From positions 1,178,001-1,242,000 of the forward strand of contig NW_026250411.1 of NCBI RefSeq assembly GCF_024521635.1: DNA of 64,000 nucleotides. Direction: 5' to 3'. A program made the translations under genes and the position numbers. The notes beneath the pieces were generated by a model that searched no databases, was not told the origin of the DNA, and saw only the letters and a program-made list of their open reading frames with translations. Positions 12,416 through 22,315 of this stretch are shown piece by piece; the first letter of the stretch is position 1; each line of letters opens with the position of its first letter. The stretch is from Tricharina praecox (lineage: Eukaryota).

Positions 12416-13600
12416 ATGTCCCCACCACCGCCACCGCCCACACCACCCCCGCCAAAAGCCCTCCCGCCCGCCAAATACCCTCCCCTCCAGCCCAGCTACA
12501 TCCTCCGTGGCCACGCGCAGCCAATCCACTCCCTCACCTTCCTCTGCAACAACACTCACCTTCTCAGCGCCGATGCCGCCGGAATTTGCATCCTCTGGAC
12601 ACTGTCCACGCGCCGGCCGCTCGCGGTCTGGGCCAGCCACACCGCATCGATCCTCTCCGTCGCGGAGTGGACTCCCGTGTCTCCTAGCGGCTCCACGGAC
12701 CAGCGAATCATCACACATGGCCGCGACCATAAACTGCGCGTATGGAAGTTTCCCCGGCCATCCGACGATGTAGCCAGCGCCCTCCCCATTGACAACGGCG
12801 GCTCCATCACCGGTCGCGCACCATGGTTAGTCTCGGCCCTCTCGGTGAACGCCCTCAATTTCTGCGGTTTCGCCCACTGCCCCGTCCGCGATGAAGACCC
12901 CGACACAGAAGGCTACACTCCAACCCTGATAGCCGTTCCCAGTCCCCTCGAGAGCGCGGCGGTGGATATCTTCTCCCTGCCGTCTACGACCCGCGTTCAC
13001 GCACGCATTCAGGCGAGCACGCAGACGGGCATGGCCATGGCCCTCTCCCTCCACTGGGTGGCAGAGGTGCTGACCCTCATCGCCGGCTACGAAAGCGGTC
13101 ACGTTGTTGTCTTCTCGCATCAAGAGGGCGTATGGAACGAAACATACATCTCACAGGCGCATACGCAGCCAGTACTTGGCCTATCCGTTGCGCCACAGGG
13201 GGAATGGATTCTTACCACTGCAGCGGATGCACTACTTGTCCGGCATGCATTGGGGCAAGAGGGAGCGGGAAAGAAGGTGGACACGAAGCACGCTGGACAG
13301 CAAGCCGTTGCTGTCAGAAGCGATGGCAAGATCTTTGCTACTGCGGGCTGGGACGGACGGTTCCGCGTGTTCTCGGCGAAGACCATGAAGGAGCTTGCGG
13401 TGTTGAAGTGGCATACGGTTGGGTGCTACGCTGTTGCTTTCGCCGAGATTCTTGCGGACAAAGAGGGAGATGGGCAGGCGGGGACGGAAGTCGCGAGACC
13501 ACTGAGCGTGGATGAGGCGAGAGTGGGACGCGAGAGTGGAAAGCATTGGATCGCGGGAGGCGCGAAGGATGGGAAGGTCAGTCTGTGGGAGGTCTACTAG
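12416..13600 (+). CDS. ASA1: ASTRA-associated WD40 protein Asa1
   Basis: PSYILRGH, THGRDHKLRVW, VNALNFC, KHAGQQ...RSDGKIFATAGWDGRFRVFS.KTMKELAVLKWH and GAKDGKVSLWEVY end. Confidence 0.9.
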   Translation: MSPPPPPPTPPPPKALPPAKYPPLQPSYILRGHAQPIHSLTFLCNNTHLLSADAAGICILWTLSTRRPLAVWASHTASILSVAEWTPVSPSGSTDQRIITHGRDHKLRVWKFPRPSDDVASALPIDNGGSITGRAPWLVSALSVNALNFCGFAHCPVRDEDPDTEGYTPTLIAVPSPLESAAVDIFSLPSTTRVHARIQASTQTGMAMALSLHWVAEVLTLIAGYESGHVVVFSHQEGVWNETYISQAHTQPVLGLSVAPQGEWILTTAADALLVRHALGQEGAGKKVDTKHAGQQAVAVRSDGKIFATAGWDGRFRVFSAKTMKELAVLKWHTVGCYAVAFAEILADKEGDGQAGTEVARPLSVDEARVGRESGKHWIAGGAKDGKVSLWEVY

Positions 13601-15586
13601 GCCGAGGCCGAGTCGCGGATGGTCTCGAATCCAGACATATCTACCCCAGGTTCTCACCATTAACTATGCGCACTCCACTACCGGTAAGCGAAGCGATTGT
13701 CGAAAATCTGTGATCTCGGCGGTCCGAGGGGTACATACCTATGTACTCAGGGATAGGGCGACTTGGCTATGGAACCAGATCCAGAGTCACCAGGGGTGTA
13801 TGATATGATTCTATAGGTTCATGAACTTTGAGAAGGAGGGAGTGTTGGGTTTCAACCGCATGCAATTGGGGGTACATAGATCTTGGAATTCGGGAGTTCG
13901 GGGAGCTGTTTTTAGCCAATAAGTTTGTGGTCACTGGTGCATCACTGTATATGCCATAGCTATCCAAGTTATCCAATAGCGGAGGAGAGAATAGTCGGTA
14001 AATAAGACACAAAACCAGTTCTTCGTGATATGGGATGTCGTGAAGCTGAAGGGAGAGGAGATTGTGACCACCACGCCGCACGGTATCCATCTGTAAGGCT
14101 GTCAAGTACTCTATGTACATACCTAGGTACATGCCTAGAATATCTGGACCCGAAGGCTCGAAATTTTGCTGTTCTCAGGGCCCAACGAAGGATATTCGTG
14201 CTTTACGGGGTATCCAGATTCCAGCCTTCCAAATAGTTAACATACAGACCATTGTTAGTCTGGACAGTGGTAGAAAATAGCTAGGATGAATCCTCGGTAA
14301 CTCAGTTCGCAGCCCTATCCTGTAGTGCTCCGTAATCCACTGACCCGAGAAAGGCAATATGAAACCCAACTGCGTCTTAGGCAGATTCCGAACTACATTA
14401 GGGGATTACTGGTTAGGTGGGAGCGGCGTGCTACTGGCGTGGACTTGGTGATAGGCTCTGTTTTTGGCTGCTACCTAAAGTCCGGCCTCTCTCCCATGCT
14501 CACTGCTGGCTCGGCCATCGAGTTCACGATCAACTCCCCGCACCCCCCACTCAGGCAAACTTCGATTTGCCTCCAGAATCCGCAGTCCGGACTCCGGAAA
14601 CTCCAAGGGGGAGAAGTTTCGCCCCGACGTTTGATAACCCATGGTACATGTGTAACTTCCACCATCATCACCACCGGCCATCACAACGAGGAGCAGATAG
14701 CAGATGGATTGCCCCGCCGGTTTAAGCTTATCGAGATCCTGGTGGGCAAGTGCAGAATGGATTACATATATATGTAGAAGCGGTGATGCTGCGCACACCG
14801 AGTGAACTACACATGGCTCGTGTCAATGTTTCGGAAACGTATTCCATTACATCCCCACGCCCAACTCCGTATGGATAAGAAGGTGAGTTTAAAGTTATCC
14901 CTGCTGTCTCCACCCTGTACATAAACCGCAGGGCTCTGCAGGTTTCGAGATCCTCACATGGGGTGAGGGTGAGGGTGGGAGTGGATAATCTAGCCCTCAA
15001 CTTCGCTGATTCATCGTGAAAAGCACATGTGTAGGTAGGCGGGAGTCGGTGGACGCTCCGTGTGAGAAACGATACTGTTGTGAACCATAGCGGGGCGATA
15101 AGGGGGAACGGAGAAGGAATTGGGAGGTTGGATTACTTCAAACCGTCAGGAAACGGGGGCATGGTCACGATGGTTGTTCTGTCCTGTCCTGTCCTGTCGC
15201 CGGCGGTGGCGGTGGAGCTCATGGATGCCGAACATACATTCCGAAGAACGCTGCTGCATCATGGGCCTCGATCTGAACTACCTATCCATACGATTTGGCT
15301 CGATGTATCGTGAGGGATCTGGTATATAAACCATTCTTCTTACGCCCTGGTTGACGATTATCCACAGAAGCACAACACCAATCATCAGGCAGCTTTCCTC
15401 CTCTACTCTCATCTTTTTTCCCTTTCAATTCCAGCTATTGATTAGCTTCTCTTCTCTCCCACTCTTCTAATCAATAAAACGTTGATCGTTGGCTTTCTTC
15501 CTGTAATCTACAATTAAAGGTACCTACCATCCCACATCTATCGAGTGACTTTCGTATGACTGCCCGGCTTCACAGTTGATTGTAAA

Positions 15587-16483
15587 ATGCACGCCTCCAC
15601 CACCACCCTCCTCTCCCTGACCGCCCTCCTTCTCCTCACCCTATCCTCCTCCCTTTCCGCCCACGGCGTAATCGTTGCTGCCACTGGCGACTTAGGCGGC
15701 TCAGGAACAGCCCTAGCCGTCGACGCCGCCACTCCCCGCGACGGGACCCGCCGCCGGCCGTTCCAGCAGGACACCACACGCTTCCCGGACGCGGCGGACT
15801 CCGACTCGCCCTCGGCCGGCGCCTCAGGGTGCGGCGAGACGCTCCAAAACGGCGACATCGACATCGCCGCCTCGATGCAAGCGGTGATTTCGTAGAAAGG
15901 TGGGCTGCCGCAGGTATCACCGGGCGGACAAGTGGCGATGACGCTGCACCAAGTGAACGCGGACGGCGCGGGGCCGTACGCTTGCATGGTCGATCCCACC
16001 GCCACCGGAGAAAGCTTTGAACCCATGCTGGTCTCGCAGAATGTCCCCGGCGAGAACGGCCGCGAACGCGGCGGCCAGGCGAGTGATTTTGCGCTGGTCG
16101 CGCAGATGCCAGAGGGAATGGTGTGCACTGGTACGGCGGGTGTGATGACGGGTGTCTGTATGGTCCGCTGCCAGAATCCGGCTAGGGCAGGCCCGTTTGG
16201 TGGATGCGTGCCCGTGCAGATGGTTGCTGCGGCGGGTGTGGGTGCTGTGGATCCTCCGGCGGCGGCCGGGGCTGCCCCACCTGCGGCTGCGGCTGCGGTT
16301 GTGGCCCCGCCGCTTGCCACTGCTGCGACTGCTGCCGGTGTCGTTGCTCCTCCCGCACTCGAGGCACCGGGGAGCCTCGTAGCACCTGGCGCATCTCTCG
16401 CCCCCGCCGACGAAGCGCCTGCCACGAAAGCCCCCACTGCCGGTGGTGTCCTCTCCCGTTTTCGCACCGGCCAACGGATCTAA
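15587..16483 (+). pseudogene. Egh16/GAS1-like (DUF3129-type) secreted protein gene with one in-frame TAG at 15893-15895
   Basis: Signal peptide followed by HGVIVAATGD, TPRDGTRRRPFQQDTTRF, CGET, LPQVSPGG, MTLHQVNADGAGPY.C and CMVRCQNPARAGPFGGCVPVQ. The two ORFs (15587, 15932) share a frame and are separated only by TAG. Confidence 0.8.
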
Positions 16484-17035
16484 ACGGCACTCTCTGGACT
16501 GTAGTAAGAATAGCCGTGTGAAGGGCAGTAGCTAGTCAAGAATATCTGCCCGTGTGAGTTGAGAATCTCTGCAGTTATGTGTTGAGCCTGCTGGCGAGTT
16601 TTTGTGGAGGATTGGTGGTTGGTGATCATGTTTTTTGTTTTGGTTGAATGGATGGATGGATCCCTACAGAGAATAGGAGCGGTGACCATTTTTTTTGTGA
16701 TCCTCTTGTGATGACATCCCCTATTAAGGTGAGAATGTTTTTGTTCTTCATTGATCTTATAGGTAGCCTATCTAAAATATAGTCATACACACATTCCCTG
16801 GGCTGTAGAAAGACGACATTATTTGCTCGTTGAATCATCAATCGCATGGGGCCTATGTAGATCATGGCAACATGTAGAAAGGCGATGTAACCCCATGCCT
16901 TCCACCGTGACCAAGCAGATACAGTTCCTGATATTGCAGGGTGCTCGATGTAACAAAGTGGTGTGCACACTTCATCCTCTTCACGAGGGTTATCTGTAGA
17001 AGAAAAACATGGCTGAAACGATAGTTGCAGCTCGA

Positions 17036-18533
17036 TCAATCAAACAGCCCTCTCGGCTACACCAGCTGTCAGCACTCTTCCATATTTATAGAACTCAAGA
17101 CTTACCGGTGGAGCACTCTGTTGCGTTGGTCCTACGCCCTCCTCATCCTCCTCCTGCTCTTCCTCCTCATCATCATCAATAGTCGGCCTAGTTCTCGGCG
17201 CCAGCCTGGCAACCTGCGTATCCCATCCGAGGCTGACGCTCCCAAGCTCGTTATCAAGATTGTTGGATAATATGTCGTCATCGTCGTCGTCGTCCTCGGA
17301 GAAGTTGAGGAATAGTGGGACTTCGGCCGCGACACCGGCCCCGGGGGTGACAGGCTCAGGCTTGATCATCGAAGGAGGCGTTGAGGCCTGGTAGTTTGTT
17401 GAATTCTCGGGAGGGACACTGTCGTTAGTGTGGATGCTATGGTGGATATTGCTGTGAGAGGGCGTTTCTTGGGGTTGAGTGGTGTGTTCGCTTTGTGGTT
17501 GCTGCTGTTGACTCTGTTGCTGCTGCTGTTGACTCTGTTGCTGCTGCTGTTGACTTTGTTGCTGCTGGCTCTGCTGCCGTTCATGTTCCCATTGCTCCTC
17601 CTGCGTCGGCGGTCGCTGTCGCTCCCTCTGTACAGCTACAATCCTCCCCATCGCCGCAAAATTCTGGCTGGATCTCACATCTGCCGCCGTCATGAGCGTA
17701 AACAACACCTCCATCCCATCTCTCACATATGCGATCTGCATTGGTCTCCCAGGCTTATCATACCACGCTTCAACCGCCACCTCTAGTGAGGCCGCATGAG
17801 CCGTAATGGCCTTGAAATCCTTCAAACTAACCGCGATATGCAACCCATCCGCCACCACAAACTCCTCAAAATCCGCTGTGTCTAGCGCAACACTCGTCTG
17901 CAGCGGCTGCTTGAGGATTTCCTTCCCATCGATCAACTTCTCCGTGAAGCTAGTGAACGCAGCCCGGCCAGTCGATATCGACGAGGAAATATCCAGCTGC
18001 TCCGCGCGCGGCCCGAAATGCTCCATGTACTCCTTCAGCAGGGCAGCAGAGATCCTCCAGCGCTGGGGCGCCGACGCGCGATCAAAGATCGCATGCTGGA
18101 TGTCGACCTCCTCGAACGTGAGTTTGTACATCTTCAGCGCGCCGTGGTGGCACCACATCCTGACGGCCAGCCGCGCCGGGTCCAGGCACAGGCGCACTTC
18201 GCATTTCGAGATGTTCGTGCCCTTGTCTTTGGCCTCTCGGAGGCGGAATACGGCTAGGAGCGCTTTGGCTTGGAGCCGGAAGGTGAAGCGGTCGCCGGCC
18301 GCGGCGTCGCGCCGCGTGTTCGGTGGCGGGATGTACGTGTACTCGGTGAAGAAGCGGTCTGCGCTGAGGTGGAAGGCGGCGTAGGCGGATTTGGTGGAGT
18401 TTAGCGCGGAGACACAGAGTTGGTGGCGGCGTGCCTCGAGGGAGATTTGGTCGCTGAATTTTGACAGGCAGGAGAGCGTTTCGTGAAGGTGCTGGGTGGA
18501 TTGTGGGGAGAGCGTGAAGGAGAGAGTCGTCAT
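17036..18533 (-). CDS. RAD9: 9-1-1 checkpoint clamp subunit Rad9 (Ddc1 family)
   Basis: LSCLSKFS...SALNSTKSAYAAF, EHFGPRAEQLDI, FTSFTEK...LKQPLQTSV, SLKDFKAI..HA and PGRPMQ. A 3' intron (GTAAGT from ~17105) gives the C-terminus PRGLFD*. Confidence 0.93.
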
Positions 18534-18870
18534 CGCGGTGGTGGTGGTGGATTGGTTGTAGGGTGTGAGGGAGACGTGTTTAGTAGGTACGCGTCTTGAG
18601 TGCACGTGAGAGAGTTCCCAGTTCACGCTCTACGCTGGCAACAGGGTCATCGTAGGAAAATGCTCAATAATGTGTGAAAAACACAAGACTTGAACAAAAT
18701 CTATCGACATGGCAAGCAAACACATCTAGCCATTGTAGTGCACTCCATTACTACAGATAATAGCCCACATAGCACAACCAACCAGCCATTACGGAGCATT
18801 CCACCACTGGAGGCCACCATTCATCAACAATGCCAAAAAAGGCAACAAGTCCCTCTATCGAGCCAAACAC

Positions 18871-19731
18871 CTACTTACGCAGATCCTTACTGTCCTTCAG
18901 GATACCGCTCATGTGCACATTGCTAACCTTGCCCCTCCGGTTAACAGCACGCTTCCTCTTCTGCTGCTTCTTGACCTCCACTTTGAGGGTACTCGGATCG
19001 ACGCTTGCAGGCTTCAATCCCATACCCTCAAGCTCACCCACCAACTCTGCCGCCGGCGGAATCTTTATCCCATGCCACAAATCCCTAAACTCATCGTCGA
19101 CCTCACATGTGAGCGTCTTATCGTTGCCCCATACCATACGCGGCTGATTCTCCTTCTTCGTCCTGACAACAAGGATATCACCACTCTTCTCAAGGACATC
19201 AACAGCATCAATAGCACCCGCCCACCCCTCCTTCAACTCCTTCACCGCCAGTCCCTGCGCCGTCGTCTGCCGTTGCAGAAACGCCAACAGATCGGTCTTG
19301 CTCCGTATATTGTGCAACGGCCGGAACTCGAACGTATCTGCATCGGCATCGTAGTGAATCCTCGGATTCGAGTTTTCGCGCAACACCTGGAATACCTCGG
19401 AGGTGAGCGGAAGTGACAGGTACGAGGCGACGTCCTCAGGCCGTAGCGGTCGCTCCTTCTCCTTGAGGTATGTCTGCGCATGCACAACTTGCGTCATCAA
19501 GTGCTGCCCAGCGAGGGAGTTGATGGATGGCTGTTGGTACACCTGTGCGCTTGCGGCAACGACGGGGGTGTTGGTATTGGGACGCTTCCGCTTTGCGGCC
19601 GGAGGTGGCGGCTGTGTGGGTTCTGCGGGAGCTTGCTGGGCTTTTTGGACGGGCTTGGGCCGCGAGGGAAAAAGGTTCGCCGCCGAGGACATCGACGACT
19701 TGAAGTCCGCCGCTGAGCGTTGGAGCGACAT
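18871..19731 (-). CDS. TFA2: Transcription initiation factor TFIIE beta subunit
   Basis: YLKEK..P winged helix, FRPLHNIRSKTDLLAFLQRQTTAQGLAVKELKEGW, PRMVWGND, VDDEFRDLWHGIKIP and NVHMSGILKD. Confidence 0.93.
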   Translation of the reverse strand: MSLQRSAADFKSSMSSAANLFPSRPKPVQKAQQAPAEPTQPPPPAAKRKRPNTNTPVVAASAQVYQQPSINSLAGQHLMTQVVHAQTYLKEKERPLRPEDVASYLSLPLTSEVFQVLRENSNPRIHYDADADTFEFRPLHNIRSKTDLLAFLQRQTTAQGLAVKELKEGWAGAIDAVDVLEKSGDILVVRTKKENQPRMVWGNDKTLTCEVDDEFRDLWHGIKIPPAAELVGELEGMGLKPASVDPSTLKVEVKKQQKRKRAVNRRGKVSNVHMSGILKDSKDLRK

Positions 19732-20186
19732 GGTGACGGTGTATGGATGGTGACCGGTGGGTGAAGGGCGGGAAGCTTGCGCGTTAAGGTGCTGAGCCGA
19801 CGCGCGGTGGCAGTGTTGCTATGCTTTTCGGCGTGAAGAACGGTGGAAGAGGTACGTGAATAGGGAAGTGTGAGGGATGTCGTGGTGGCGGATGAAGAGC
19901 GTTGGTGGTATGGTAGCGACGGTAGTGGGTGATGGTGTTTGGAGTTCGTTGAGTCTGACCGGGAGAGCTCCAGTGGTGTGCTGCACGTAAAGTACGTAGA
20001 GTGTGTAGGGCTGTGATACTCGCTTATCCAACAATGCTGTGCCAGTGGTTGTGACATGGCTGATGTGGCTGGTGCGGCTGGGCGTGGTTGCGGCAGGGCG
20101 TGACGTGTAAGTGCAGATGGGCGTAAGGTGCCCCTATTTTCTGTCGTCCACGGGAGAATTCTGTAGATGGTAGAATACAATACATC

Positions 20187-20914
20187 ATGGCACCAACAAT
20201 AGCAACACCTAGGCGATTGCGGCGAGCGAAAGGTAAGAAGGGTCCGGGAAATGTGAATACTGATAGAGAACTAATTCAATTCAATGCAGCACCTACCATA
20301 AATGCTACACAGCGGGGGGCAATCCTTACAATGCGCTACATGACGAACTTGTCCGTCCGGCAAATAGCACAGCATGTCAAAGTCTCGAAGACCGCAGTGC
20401 AAAACATTTGCAATCGTGCCGAGAAGATAGCAAGGACGAACAGACAAAAGAATACCACAAGTCCCCTCGATACCAGCAATTCCCTCGATATCGGCAACTC
20501 CCTCGATATCGGCAACCCCCACGAGGCCAACAACAACACCCCCAGTGACATGCAGAACTCGCAAGAGGTGGAGGTTGTTGCATGTGGAGAGCTGTCATTA
20601 GCAGAGTTGCTTGCTGCATCGGCACCGGGCAAGTCGACAGGCCGTCCCCCAGCCCTTACGGAGGAGGAAAAGGATTGTCTGGTTGCAACTGTCGAGCGGG
20701 ACTTTGAGACTCGGAAGATGACACTTGTAGAGCTACAATGTGAAGCACGTCTAGAATACGTCAGTAAACAGACCATCCTCACGGCTCTCAATGAACGTGG
20801 TTTGAAGTCTACCGGGAACGGCTGGGTGTGAATCCAGATTTGATCTTGATGGAGGATAATGCTGCTAGCCATCACTGTTGGTATACGGACGTCGAGTGGG
20901 AGAAGGAAGGTTAG
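20187..20914 (+). mobile_element. Defective Tc1/mariner-type transposase relic
   Basis: Paired HTH region (SVRQIAQHVKVSKTAVQNI; GRPPALTEEEKDCLV; VSKQTILTALNERGLK). After a frameshift at ~20810 a DDE fragment follows (LILMEDNAASH). Most of the catalytic domain is absent and no TIRs were found. Confidence 0.8.
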
Positions 20915-22315
20915 CAGCTTTTCTCTTAGAACCGGTATTCACTTCTTGTGTTTTCCTTAATTATTGTATTCTTCTACTTCTCAGCTTCACTATAAGTCTT
21001 ATTAAGGCTCCGCTCATCTCGCCATTATCTCATTATCTGGATATGCCAAGCACGTAGCGCGACATAATGCTTTTAGCATTATCTCGTATTATGTCGTTTC
21101 GGTGGTTTCGGCGCCCAGACTTCTGAAGCAACGCCACATCTACTGCTGGTGAACCATTATGTAACAGGGTCCTAGAGCCTCAAATGCGATGGAAAAATTT
21201 TCCACTAGGAATCTCGCGGATTTACTCAGTCATTCCTGCTCGGTGACTGGAATCATTCCTGTTCATTGACTAGAGCCATTCCTCCCATTACTAGAGTCAT
21301 TCTTTCAATGACTCTATAGTAACTGTATGAGTTGATTGACTCTGGCAATGCTTCCCGAATGACGCGTGTAATAAAAACCATTGCTTCCATAGTCTTCAGC
21401 TTCCAGAAGTTGCAAATTCTTCCGAAGAATCAAGTTTTCTGCCGATGCAGGAGTTTTTGCTGTTCTAGTTGTTGAAATATCTATACTCTCGTTGATTTTC
21501 GCGTCATGGTGGTGGTGATGGTAGTGGTTGAGGTTGTCGATGGAGACTCCCCCTTTTTTTTGTGTGGCGCAGCCCTACTTGACATAATAGCGAGATAATG
21601 GGTTGAGATGAACACTTGCCACCTCAAATTATTAGTGAAATAATGGTCTTCAACTTTGTGTGGTAGCAGGATGAGATAATGGTGAGATGAACGGAGCCTA
21701 CGTTCGGACAATTATTGATGGAGATCAAGAGATGTTTGTGCTGGGAGTGGGTCACCCGTTGGCGAGTCCCTGGCGCCGGAGTCTCTGATCACCTACATGA
21801 AATATCACACGGTGCCAAAATGTGGCTGACAGCGATCCGCGTTTTAGTGCTGTCCACAACATTGTTGGACCCTCGTTCAACTCAGGCTTCAAAGTTCAGT
21901 GTTCATTCAACTTCACCCAGCACTGTTCACAACTCACGAGCCAAGGTACCCAGGACCTCAGATTGGATCACTGCAATATCAATTCAACCCAAACTTTTAC
22001 GAGCCCTACTACCACTTCTTGGCATGGGTGTACTCTGAGGAACAAGGGGAGCAACATCTACAGTAGGAAGTAAGTTCTATGGAATCTGTGCATAGATGAT
22101 TGTTGATAGACCGTAAACACGCGCTTTGGTTGGATTCATAATGTAAGCAAGGGCGTCACTAATGTAACCTCGCAGCAAAATATACGTTTATTATCAAGGC
22201 CATAACGTTACCGTAAATTTTGTCCCCCTCTTCTTTATTCTAAACAGTAAGGAATTATTTATACAGTATCACAAGCCGACTCGACCATTAACTCGTAAAG
22301 CATTCGGCCAGCCAA

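Noticed and set aside
14325..14777. 150-aa ORF between ASA1 and the GAS1-like gene
   Set aside because: Non-ATG start, no motif, and no coding-like codon bias.
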